From contig CM022671.1 in assembly GCA_012295275.1 (NCBI GenBank), forward strand, positions 29,450,001-29,514,000: DNA of 64,000 nucleotides, read 5' to 3'. Every line of letters begins with the position of its first letter. Position 1 is the stretch's first letter. This DNA comes from Chrysomallon squamiferum (Eukaryota > Animalia > Mollusca). Of this stretch, positions 22,799 to 36,700 are shown one piece after another. The notes under the pieces are model-generated. The model searched no databases, was not told the DNA's origin, and was given only the letters and a program-made list of their open reading frames with translations. The translations under genes were made by a program, and so were the position numbers.

Positions 22799-25700
22799 TA
22801 TAATATATATATATATAAAATAAAGAATGACATACTTAGTTATTACCATTTATCACAACATTTATAATTTGAAAAAGCACATATATAAATTTAGTTGATT
22901 CTTTTCTTACTTTGAGTCTGTGTGCCAAAATCCCTGCGTGGTGAACCTTGACCTTGGTTTCGCTGTCTATATACATTTGGTGTTATTACTCGGTCAGTGA
23001 CATAGGATTCTTGGGCATTTGGATCTGGAGGTCTTTCAGAATTTCTTGCAGATATGTTGGGCAAAGTAGGCACAATCTCTGTGATAGCACCACTCCTGAA
23101 CGACAAATCCAGGTCAGTGAGGCTTCCTGAGCTCACTGAAGAAGTAATAACGACAGTAATATAACAACAAAAATATTGATAATAAATATAACAATATTTA
23201 ATAATATTAAAAACAGTGATTTGTTATTATTATTATTATTATTACTAAGATTACTGATGCTTCTGCTGTAAAAACTATTGCCACTATTTTCAGTAATAAT
23301 CCATGAGAATAAATTACACTCTTGCACATGTAACACAACAGTCATTACAACTAAAGTTTTTGGAAATTTCTATCTTTGTAATTAAATCAACATTTCAACA
23401 TTACCTATGTGGTTACAAATACACACACACACACACACACTAATCTGAAACTAACTCTGTAACTGTGCTTTGAGGCGGCTGACATCATGACCACCCTGCT
23501 CCAACCACTGCAGCCTCCGCAACGTCTTCTCTCTCTGTGCTCTCTCTTTCGCTTCGTCCATAGCGTTCTTGAGAACATCAATTTGATGCTGGCGGGCTTC
23601 CTGAAATAACATAAAAAAAAAATTGAAAAAAATAAAATAAAAAAATAACCACCATAAATTTTATTATTATTGATAGAGGCATGAATAGAACATTTTTTAA
23701 ACCCTGAATTTGAAAATGTATTTAAATTTATAATGTATATCTTTACTAATATAAATATATATATTTTAAATTTTTAATTCTAACTTTTCTTTATTCAACA
23801 TGAATGTTTATTACTATTAACTGCAGAAAGAGGATTTATCCCATACCTTTAAAAAAACCTTGTTGTTTGTATCAGTGCAGTACGTGCTGCCAGCATAATT
23901 ACAAATCTTGTTGATTTTGCCAGAAGCCATTTTTAATTACGCAGCAAAAGGGCTAAGAAACCAGTATATAGCTATTTTTTTATAAGTTTCACTATTAATG
24001 ATGAATGTGACACAAATTCACAAAGATATTTAAGATCTTACTTCTTTGCTCTTTAGCTTGTTTTGTTCGTCTTCAAACTGCTTCATCAGAGCCTCTCGCT
24101 CTTTCTGTAATCTCATTTCTTCTTCTTGTTCTTCCATCATCTTCCTCTCTCTCTCCAACTGCTTCTGTCGCTGTTTCTCCTGTATTTGTTGTTTCACAGC
24201 TTCCTAGAGAAGTTGAATTTAAATATATATATATATATATATAAAGTAATTAATATTTCAATCAACAAAGGGTAATGCATCTTTGTAATTTCCCCACTAC
24301 TTCTACTTTGTCTGATTAAATTTGGATTTTTTCAATACATTTGGATCTGCTAATCATCAGTCATAAACAAACAAAAAAGAACTGATTAAAATTAGTAAAA
24401 TGAATTGTTAATAATAAGTAAATACTTTTCACTGCATTTTGTCAGATCAAATAATCAACCACTTCAAACATGCTTACATGCAGGTGAAGATGAAGTGTGT
24501 CTGTTTTGGAGTCTGGACAATTTATTAGAATAAAGAAAACAAATGTTTTAATTTATCACCGGGTTGGACTCAGTATGGGGAATATTTGAATTTTTTAACA
24601 AACACTCAAGAATAAAAAAACACATATCACTCCAATGTTGGGTTATTATCTTGGTATCTGTGACCCTGAAGACTGGTAACTTAACTCACCTGATATTCAC
24701 GCTGCCTCTTCTTCTTCTCTTCCAGCTCTCTCTGAGTGATGGGATCCAGTACAATGTGCTGGCCACGCAGGTGTTTCGAAGCTTCGTCTGCGTCCACTGC
24801 CAACACAGGTTGTGGAGCACTGCTGGTTCTTGTAGTGCTTTCACCTGCAGTGTGATTCTGAAAGCCAGGCACCTGAGGAGCAGGTATGTGATGTGAGATC
24901 TGGGCAGGTGAAGGGTTACCTGGGAGGTGAACGAACCTGTCTGCCCAGTGGTCAGGTGCAGCCGATTCCTGTAATTCAATCAGCTTCTTTTGATTGTGCA
25001 GCTCGATTTGCATTTCTAGAATTTAAAAACAGTAATAAAATTAAAAAACAATAAAAATAACAGTAATATTAAATATTACAACTCTAAGAAAATAATGACG
25101 TTTTCCCAGGATAATACTGTTAATGAGATAAATGTGTTTCTTAAATTTTATATATTTGAAAATATCGCTCTATTAACTAATACACTCAGTATTTCATTAT
25201 ATTAAATATAAAGATAAAACAGAATTTTTATTTATTTTTAAAATTATACACAGAATTCAGTATTCCTTTCAACAAAAAAACAACAACAACGAAATATACA
25301 CATATATATAAACATATTTGTAAATAAAATATATATATATTTTACATAGTTTTTCTGACCTCAAACAACAGTGCATTTTCCCATTGCAAGCTTTTTTTTT
25401 ATTCATGGCAGGCTTATCACATTTTAAAAATAATAAAAATCTTTTACTTTCTCATTCTTCAGGGAAATGGACAGATTATGCTGAGAGAATAAAAGTCAGT
25501 TTTGCCCAAGCAGGTAATAAAACAAATGTCTGTTGAAGCAATTTTTTTTTTAAATTTGTACTTTTTATCTTCAAGATTAGAATAAATCCACAAATCTAAT
25601 AAAAAAAATAAAAAAAGTTTGAAAAAACATTACAGAAAAGTCTGGAAAGGAAAATATTACAGGTGTGATATTTCTGCATGTGAAATATAATATTTTCCTG

Positions 25701-27669
25701 TAAAATTGTGTTTACTTTAGGAAATTCCCAAAATAATTTCCATTCATGGCAGCCTATTTTGAACCTTTAACAAAGACCATTATAACCTCATCAGCAAAAT
25801 CTTGAAATGTAATGAAACTACTGACTCACAAATAATGTTTTATTTATTACATCAACTTGATGTTATCACAATCTTTGACAAAAAAGAAACACCAATTTAA
25901 ATATTTAGTCTAACAAGAAAGGATGATGAAGAAATGACCAGCAATGACTTTCTTTTGAATGAAATGAAATAAACACAGTAAAAACAGTCAAAACAAAACA
26001 AACTCAGCACTTGCACAAACTGTGCAAAAATCACAAAACTCTGGAAAAACAGAGGCTGCATCAAACTTGGCCAAACCGAAAAATGTATGTAATTTTGGAA
26101 AATTTGCAAGTATACAAACAGTGCAAAAAGAACAGACAACAGTAAAATTAGCTGTAAAAAAATAACAAAATCAGTTTCATAGAAGTCAACAAAAACAGCT
26201 GCAATATAAATTCAGCCCCCCCCACAAAAAAATATAAAAAAATAAAGCCGCAGATGTGTAGATCTTAGCAAATTTATTTTTATGATCTTGAAAACTGGAG
26301 CTGCACTGTACACAGCTAAAGTTTATGTGTATTTATAATGGTCATGTTGATAGCAGCAGTTTCTAGATGATCACTTCCTCAGAAAACAATGAACTGTCAT
26401 TGTTCTAGATCAGGCAAAACTAAAAAAAAAAGAAAAAAAAAGTAGAAAACACTTTGTAGATAAAAGCATCTTCCACAGTTCACAGTGACATCCTTCAAAG
26501 AAGACCCTGTACATGAAATACCCAATCAACTAATATTATTAAAGTTAAGATAAAAATAACCATATAAAATACATAGTTAAAAGAATAATAATTGAAAAAT
26601 AACAAAAACAAATACGTCTTTTCATTGAATGATTACTTTGAATGATTTATTGAATTTTTATATTAGGAACTAAAATTAAAGCAAAAATGTACAACACACA
26701 CACATACAAACAAAAATAATTAAAATATAAATAAATAAAACCAGAAAAAAAATGAAAAGAAGCATTTAACATTTAAAATCTTTTAAGCATTTCCTTGCAA
26801 CTTTTATTAACAAATATGTACCTAAGTCTTTAACGTATTGTTTTTTAGCTTCTTCTTTCAATGTTCTGCCATTGTTATTACCTGGAAAATTTGGCTAAAA
26901 AGCAGATAGAGCAAAATCATTTAAAATAAAATAAAATAAAATAAAATAAAGAATAAATAAATAAATAAATATAAACTGTAAGATCATTTACCATTATTTT
27001 AAAATTTGATTTAATTAAATTTCTATATTTTCTGATAAAATAATTTTCATAATCCAAAAATTATATTTGTTAAAAAGATTAGTGCTAGTGTTACTACATG
27101 ATCTCTCAGACAAAAATCTGAATTGTAACCTTGATTACTTACAGTACTTTATAATTAATTTTTAATTATTATTATTTTTTTGGTTATATGTGCATATATA
27201 CAAAATCTACAAAATTATCATGTCTACATGTAACAAACAGATGTATCTTATCTCAAACACATTCTAAATGTGACAGAAAATATTTACTGGCAGGAATGAA
27301 TCAGTATGTGAACTGACGCCAAATGGCATTCTGAAAAAATTTAATGAGACAACTTAATTAGTAACCTATGAAAAAAACAGAATTATAATATGACATTGTT
27401 GAAGCTATAACTTCCAGCCCTAATCATGTATATTAGATTAAATGCTTTGGCAGACAAAATGTTTTACCCTCTTACTGAAATCTATGAAAAAGTTAACATG
27501 TAAAGTTATAAGTTGTGATTTAAACTAAGTGTTAATGGCGTATTTCCAAACTTAAACTTGTGAGGAAGAGAGTAGTACATTTAACATTAAAAGCAAAGAT
27601 TTTAAATGGCTTTAAATTTTAATATTTAAAAAAATAATAATATAAATTTTAATAATTTAATAATAATAA

Positions 27670-27713
<44 letters not shown>

Positions 27714-30700
27714 GAACCCACAGATATTCAAGTAGTTTATTATGAGGATTTTTTTTTTTCTTCATATATTAAATTTTATTATTCTAGATTATAATTATTT
27801 CTGTCAGTTACACTTAAAAAATATAATCATAATTGGTCATCATTTTTTTTCTTCTGTTCTTATGAAGTAAGTTTCCTTTAGAATGAATGGGGAAGAACAA
27901 CATTCTGATTCTCAGTCACAGCTATATATATATATATATATATACCTTGATTGTCCTTTCCTTCCAGTATTTTCTACATTACCGGGAAATTTTGTAAAGT
28001 GTTGTGTTTCTTTCTCTGCTATTGTCAAAAAAATAAAAATATTTAAAAAAAAAATAAAAACAATAATAATAAATAAATAAATAAATAATAAAAATTTAAA
28101 AGTAAGTTAAGAATTAAATAAATTTAATTATTTTTTAAAGCTGTTTTCTATATTAATAAATGTTCTACCTACTGCATTACATTAAAAAGGATTTTTCTCA
28201 CTATTCCAAGAGCAAACTCTCTAAAGTGACTGATCCCGAAATGTAATATGACACAAATATTTTATGATCTACTTCTTCTGAAAGATAATCCTAACTTAAT
28301 AAAATATTTAAAAATCGAAATTCTAAATAGTATTTACCATATATTGATATGTAATGAAACAACAATACATTTCTTACCAGTTTTATTGGGCCAGTTATCA
28401 CATTTATAATTTTCTCTCAATTCATTTATTTTCTTTTGGTTTTGTTCTTCAATCTGTTTTTCTGAAACAAATGTGGACTTATAAACATGCATGCACACAT
28501 GAACACACATAAGCACACAAACACACTCAAACACTAAACAAACCCTTAGAAAAAAAATATTTAAACAAAATTTAAAAAAAAACAAATTACCCCACAAAAA
28601 CCATAAAATGTCTGGACAAACACCAAACAATAACAAAATCCATAATAAATTTATCACATGTTCAGTGATCTGAATTACAAGCACTTCTTAGCTTTTCTTC
28701 ATCACCTACACACATATTTCTAATCAAATGATTATGTGTCTATTTTTCCTCTTTCAAAATATGTACCCAAAACTGACTCATTTATTTCCAAATAACATGA
28801 TAGGAAATTTATTTTTCTTAACACTGGATAAAAATTAATGTGTATATGAACAAAATAAAAGAATATGAATAATTAATTTTAAACACAGTTTTAGCAGACA
28901 GGTTTACCTAGGTCTCTAAGATATTGTTGTTGTTTTTTCCTTTTTTCATTTGCTACTGAATATTCATTATCATATTGCTGAAAAACAAATCAGTCACAAA
29001 AGGCAATAAAAAAAAATCTAAAAATAAATAAACAAATAAATAAATTATCTATTTCAGATTGAGAAAAAAATTAAATAAATTTAAATTAAATTAAAATGTT
29101 AAATTTTTTATTAACATCAAACAATTTTCATTAGTTTTATAAATATTTAATTATAAATCTTATTTGGTGAAATTTTATTAATGTCAAAATGTTTTTTCAT
29201 ATTTATGAATAAAGTGCAAATGATTCTGTTACCCCAAATGGCAAAATGGTTCCTTTGTTCAGTGAATTAAATTTCTCTGTTCTGAAAAAAAAATGACTAG
29301 AAGAATGTTTATGACACTAGATTTTTCTGTATATGAGAAACAACTGATGTTACTTTTTTCAGTAACAAGCAAATTATCTCTTTTTATTTTCATGCATCTT
29401 TTAATACACAGGAAAGCAGATATTATTGCCTTCTGTGAAACAGTCATGGGTCACTGGCAGAAACATGGAACAGCCCAGTGGATATTTTGATGGGAACTGA
29501 TCAGAAAGCAAAAGCCATTTAAAAAAAAAAGAAAAAAAGGACTAAGGCATTTAACCAAAATTTGAATGTTGTAAATACATATGTGATTTCGAATAAGATA
29601 AAAAATCTTGTTTAAAATACACCAATACTTCACATTTATTAAACTGTAATACAAAAGGTAGGAGGAATGGCAGTGCTGATGATAACATTGCAAAACTGTT
29701 GTCACCATTGTTTGGCAAAAAAAATATGGGTAATTTTCCTTTTTCACAAAGTGACAAAGAAAAGAAGCAAAACATGGTGATTCTTCTGAATCCAGTTATA
29801 AAACGGAGACAATTTTCACAAAATGCTGAATCAATAATTAGAAACAGATCCAAAATGTCTAAGGATAAAACTATTTAGTCTATTTAGAGTTCTTATTCAT
29901 TTCTGGTTTCTAAAATATTAGTGTAACTTAGGTCAAAACAACACTAACTATGATAGTCATAAATATACCGTAGATCTTCTTTCTTTGTCTGCCATGGACT
30001 TTTTTTTTCATCAGTTCTGTTAGTTTTTAATTTACCTTGAATCACAGTCCTACTCTGTGGATCTAAAAGAATATTTTTTTAACCGATTCATTTACTTTTG
30101 ATTAAAAAAAAAAAAAAAAAATTCACAAGCAATTTGAAAAGTTAATAAAAAATAAAATTTAGTAATAAGTACTTTTGTAATTTATATAAAACAAAATTCT
30201 CTGCAGATAGAAAAAATAAAAATTCACAAGCAATTTGAAAGCTAAAATTAATATAATAAATGATTAACTTAGTTATCTGAAAATTGGATAATACAAAAAC
30301 AATTTACATAAACTAAAAAACTCTCCACACCACAGAGCAAATTAAAAATTAATAGTTAAAAAAAATAAAAATAAAAATAAAAAGTAAAAATCTAAACTCT
30401 TACATACATGTTTAAATACAATGCTTGCAAAACTAAATAGTAGAAACCACTGTAATGGAACTAAGACTTATTAAAATATACATCTTATGATTGTGTTTTG
30501 AAATGGTAAAATGTTTATCATATTCTTGATCTGAGCCCTTCTGCAATGTGGACAGAATTCTAAGCTGTCAGTATAATTAGTACATTTCTTACACATTAAC
30601 ATTAATAAATTGATTAGCCCAGTTATCACCTGTATTATGTTCCCAAAGTTCCTTAATTTTCTTTTGATTCTGCAGTTGAATTTGCCTTTCTACAATAAAT

Positions 30701-33700
30701 ACACTTCACATTAAAAAGATGTAAGAAATTACATAATTAACAATTTATACTAGAAATACTATATGACCAGATAAATTAAAAAAAAGAAAAGAAAAAAAAA
30801 GGTAATTATATCTCACCTTCTTCTGTTCTTCATTTTTTTAATAAATATTTGTTTTTGGCTGAATTCTAACTTGCTGGATCTTCACCATCTAAAACTTGAA
30901 CTGAAATATTTATCATACAGTTTTGAAAACTCCTGATTTTTTGTTCAACAGATTCCCATCTAGTAAAGGATTCTGTTACAGAAAAACCATTGCTGCTCTT
31001 ACTGAGATAACTGCATGAATGATAAGAATGTTACCATGACTTTTGCTTATGTCATATGACCAAAAAAATGCACTGAATAATTTGTAATGTTATCAGTATG
31101 ATTATTCTCAGATGAAGCCATCTGATAAAATGGAGATTTTACCTTAAAAGCAGTGTCAAGCAAAATAGCTGAAAACCTGCTTTTTGGGAACATACCAGAA
31201 GAAAAACATCAATAAGTAATGTCCATTAAAACCACAGAGAAATTTAACTGTTAAAAGGAACAACAAATACTTTAACGAGTCCAAGAATGACGAAACAAAT
31301 GCAGAAGGTTAATAATACTGGAATGATGAAACAAACAGTTTCTGTGCTCCTGCATAATACTTGAACATTTTCATTCACATTGATATTAACAGACAGTGTT
31401 AGAAAACATTTGATGTAGAAATAGTGTTATTCATGTCACAAAGACAAACAATGGAGCAATGGAAAGAAAACTTCCTTTCAAGGATGGACAAGACATCATC
31501 TCAAAGAGAGAAAAACACATAAAAGTAATGAGAAGGATTTTGAACAATTACAAAGCAATCTTCATCAGAATAAAACAAAGTTTGTTTTCTTCATTTACAG
31601 CCATGAAATGTTTTCAAAAACAGAATCAAACTTCTGGTAACAAGGTGAAAAGAAAGAAAGTTATAACCAGACTGCCATGTCATATAATTCATTAACAAAA
31701 TAGTATTATATGAGATGATTTTTTAAGAATTATTTTGTTAATTTACTGAATTATATATTAACATAAAGAAATAAAAAGAATAACAATACAAACAAGATAA
31801 AACAAAATTTGGAGCACCAGCCATAAACCTTTTTGCAGACGGAAAATGCACTGTCATTGAAGATCAGGAAAAATATTATAAAAATTAAAATAAATTAAAA
31901 AATTAAAATGATTTCAGAAAAAATAAAAATAAAAAAAAGGGAAAATATAATCACAATTTCAATACTGTGTGACAGCTGTGGTAAAAAATATACTCTTCAA
32001 AAGTGTCTACCAGTCACAAACACAGGGATAAAAAAAATATTATTTAATATGAATCACTACATTTAACTGTCTACCTAAATCTTTAAGGTACTGTTTTTTC
32101 TCTTCTTCACTCATTTTTGAGTATTTCGAATCAAGTGCAATTCCAGTCTGAAAATAAAAAAAAATAAAAATACATTTAAATTCGTAATTAAAAATAAAAT
32201 CTAATATATATTAAATATTTCAACATTATTTTTTTCATAAAACTACAATTAAAAAAATAAATAATAATAAAAAAAAAAAAAATAATAACAGTAATAAAAA
32301 AGAAATCATTAAAAAATGCTGCTTTTCAGAACTAAACACAAACAAGTTTCAAACCGATTTTTGTTTACTATAAAACATTTAGAACTAAACAGAGATAAAA
32401 GTTTTGACATCATTCAGCATTTAAATCATCTACTGAAGATTTTTATATCTTGCTCAAAACCAAGCCAGTATATATTACTGTTTTTACGATAAGTGTAATG
32501 GTGTTTAAATTTATTATATAAAAATGATCATACTCCTCCAACAGGTAGAATTTTTTCAGAATCTGCTGGGAATACTGCCATCCTGGGTGAACTGTTCATT
32601 GGAAGTCTGAAAGACAAAAAAAGTTAATTAAAATTAAAATTAAAAAATATATAAAATAATATAAAAAATAAAAATTGTTTATTCTAAGCATATATAAAAA
32701 AAAATAAGAACAGAAACATAATACTTTCAATAAAGTATCTTATGTTAGATTTCCTTTTTTATTTTATTCTGTAACAGCTATAAAGAAATTTATACCTAGA
32801 TGATAAAATTAATGAAAATTGCTTAGAAAATGTATACTAAATAAAAGTAATTGTGTTCAGTCACACTGCACAGTAAAACTATTAATAATGAACTTCACAG
32901 TACTAACATGAACTGTCCAAAATAAACTTAATTTGGACCTAGGTGTCCAGAAGAGCTGGTGCAACAAATAAATTTTCATTTAAATCTTTCTGACTTAAAG
33001 AAAGAAGAAATATTATATATAAGGTGCACAAAAAATATTTTTAATGGTTTTGCCTAGGATGATTTTTAATATCAATATAAACATAGGTTTTGGGGTTTTT
33101 TTTTTTCTAAAATAATATCCAAGGTGAAAACAAAACTTTATAAACAAGTACCTATGTTCTTCTTTGTTAGTTTCTGGTGGTGGAGCTTCTCGCTGTCTCT
33201 CTCGACTTAACAATTTCTTTCTCCGCTGTTCTTCTCTCTGCTTCTCTGTATAAATGAAAAAAATATGAAAGTATAACCCATGCAAACCATCTTTTGAAAA
33301 CATTTTCACAAAAATAACACATTTTTTTTGGTATATGTGTTTTAAATGTTTATCTAAAACATTTTCAACAAAATAGCTCAGTAACAATTACAAAAATAAT
33401 TTTTTTTGTCAACATTTAATTACTTTAAAATACTACGAAACTGATAAAATTAAAACAATTCCTATGTTTTTTTCTAACAACTTTACTGATGACTTACAGA
33501 GAATACAACTAAAAGCTGAAGTAAGGGTGCTGCTCTGAAATAATCATTTCATTTAAAGCAATGACTTATTTCATAGAACAATTTGGGTTAGAAGCATAAA
33601 GTTTTTTTTTATTTAACAGTATGCTTATATTTGTAGCATTCACTGTTATAGATCTTAGACAATAAGGTAAGACTATATCATAACTAAGTCCAATGAATTA

Positions 33701-36700
33701 CCTAACTCTTCCAGCCATCGCTTCTTTTCTTGTTCCTTTGATGTGTTGTACCTATTTTCATCAGGAGCAACATGCTGGTAAAACAAAATAAAACTGAGAT
33801 CAAAACAAAACATAGACATTTTTAATTTCCATTTATAAATGTTTATACTGTCTTTGCTTTAAGATTTTTTAATAACTAAACAATTGAAGATTTTGTTTGA
33901 AACATTTCATTTAAAGCACTGTTACATGAATTTACTTCATTTTTGTTTATTTTCTGTGTAATACATATAAAGTTTCTGTTCAAATGTTTTGTATTCTGAT
34001 TCAACCTCAGCTATTCAATCTGTTCTACATTTTTTAACTTCAGCTATCCAATTCTGGATATGCAAGCTGATCTGATGACATCAGATTAAATACTCACACC
34101 AATGACTAAAGAACTTCTCATGGCAGCTGGTGGTACTTTATCTAGCAGGCTGTCTATGTGCATGTTTGAGTCTGCAGCTTTGTCTGACATAAATCCCATT
34201 CCTGAGACATTCTCACGTGGAGGCTGATGACTTACTTCTGGTTTCGACACATTCTGTATAACTGCATTTCGAATTTCTTCCTGCAATTATACAAAATTAT
34301 AAATTTTATTTTCAGTGTAGTAATTACTTAGTGTCTGCAATTACATGTTATGAATTTACTTCAGTAAAAAAAAACTATATCTATTTTGTCCTCAAAACAG
34401 CAATTACTGCGTTTTCCGTTCCAACCAATTCCTCAAGATCGGTTTATCAAAAATTACAACATTTAGTTCCTTGCATGTGGGAAAAATCCCACACCAATAT
34501 CTGAATTATAATAGTTGGATTTCACAGTCTTGTTATTACCTTGTTACGTAAGTCTGCAATAACTTGACCAGTTTCACCACGTATTGGGGCACCAGCTCCA
34601 GGCCGACCCCATGGATTGTAAGTCTGAGAAACCTCACCTAGACCAAAAAAATAATAATTTAAAATTAAAAATTAAAAATGGACCACTACAAATCATAATA
34701 ATAATTCAATAATTTTCTACTTGATATAATAAAATCATCTAAAACAATGTACTAATAGTTTGTAATTTGTATCTCAAAGGGTAAAGTAAATACTTTTTGG
34801 TTTACTGGAAATTCTATATACATAAACATGCATGTATGCATGCACACACACACACACACAGACACACATACATTTACATATACACATTTTAAAATCACAC
34901 GCGTATGCACAGGCACTAAGACACACATACAGATATACGTGTGTATGTAAAAAAAATACCTTTCTTTTAATCAGAATGTATAATCCAGCAGAAATTCCTT
35001 CTTTCAGATTTCATTATATGCTACATAAAAACCGTACCACTGAGGCAAAAACTGGTAATATTAAAATTTCATTGAGAAACAAGGACTTCAAAGTACCTCT
35101 TTCTTGAGCCCACTGGAGTCGTTTCTTCTCAAGAAGTGTGAGATGAGCCCAGGGAATGGGAGGAGGTAGACGTACGTCTGACTCTGGCTTGCTAGTGTTA
35201 TCACTGGTAGCTGTGTTAGAGTTTACACTTCCTTTCTTTTCTGTTTCTGAATCACTAAAATAACATACAACAAGATATTTAATATAATTAGTGTCCCGTT
35301 TCGTTTCATTTTTGTCTCTGCTTAGCAAAACAATTACTTGAACAGAAAAATGAAGTGAAATTCAAAACATTTTAAAGTGCATTTTTAAATTTTGTTATTA
35401 ATTATTAATATGTTATTTTTTTTTTTTTTTTTTTTTTTTTTTCTCCTTTGTTGTATGTTTTAATATTCACATTTTTTGGAAGATGGCAAAATAGGTAACT
35501 TAATAATTGAATGATATTACTGTAAAGATTTCTTCTGGGTAGCTGACATGGGTAGGTAAATAAATAATCAAACAATTGAACACACAACATTTGTTCTAAT
35601 TATTTCTAATATCTAAATAATTAAACAAAAACATATATATATTTACACACACATACAAACACATATTTTGTAGAGTTGATAATCAAACAAATAATATTAC
35701 CCTGTTGTTTTTGCATCAGTATTCTCAGAAACCTCCACCTTTGTATCTTCACTGTCATTTGACTTCAGTTCTTTAGATTGAAATTCTTCAGGTTTTTCAA
35801 TCTTGACTTCATGTAATTCATTGTCTGAAAAAATAAAAGACGGTAACACCATTACAACTGAAGGGATGTAAAACCAGTGGTAAAAAAAAAAATGGTAGTA
35901 AAAATGAAAATGTACAAAAATAAAAATTTAATATACACATTAATTATATTTAATACAAATGTAAATGTAATATTATATAAAACTTCATTAAAACAAAAAT
36001 AGTAATAACATGAAAGAAAAAAATATTAATAATAAAAGTTACTCCTTTAACTTGAAATAGTAAGGTAGCAAATTTTAAAAATATCTTATTATCTTTTATA
36101 TAAACATTCTGCACAGAAAATTATTAAAAATATACTGACAATTTAAATGATATGTAAATTAATATACCTATGCTAATTCGAAGTGAGCTATCTTTTCCTG
36201 AAGCAAGTTTGCCCACCGATTCTAATATGGCATTTAGCTGATCCTGAGTGAGAGTGACAGTGGATTTTCCTGAGGGGTCATTCTTTGAGTCATTTTTTTG
36301 GTTGTCTTTATATTTCTCCTTGTTTTTCTTGATGAAATCAGTTCGTCTCACTTTTTTCTCTTCTTTTTTCTGAATATTTTGTATTTCGTTCTTTTTATTA
36401 TTGTGGTAATTTTCATTATCAGTTTTTCTTACTGGATGTTGAAGATCTTTATTTTTATAACCAAACTATAAATCAAAAATTAACATCAATCGATTAAACT
36501 TTCACAATTCAAATATAAAATTATTAAGGACACATGTTATTAAACATTTATTTTCATTTTTATACAGATTCAGAAAATTATTTATGGACAAACATTACAC
36601 TTTTTTTTAGAAACAACTAGAGTAAATATGAATAAAAACTGAATTTACTTACTTTTCTTGGCTTCTTTTGCTGTTTGTCTGAGAAAAAAAGAAAAAGAAT

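Noticed and set aside
30817-30900. Exon-like minus-strand segment with good AG and GTGAGA boundaries inside CCDC66-A
   Set aside because: It has stops in all three frames. It could be a poison or non-coding exon, but the sequence alone does not support that.
30900-31700. Higher-complexity intronic stretch including the 78-aa ORF 31459-31695
   Set aside because: No recognisable protein motif, terminal repeats or target-site duplication; at most an unclassifiable relic.
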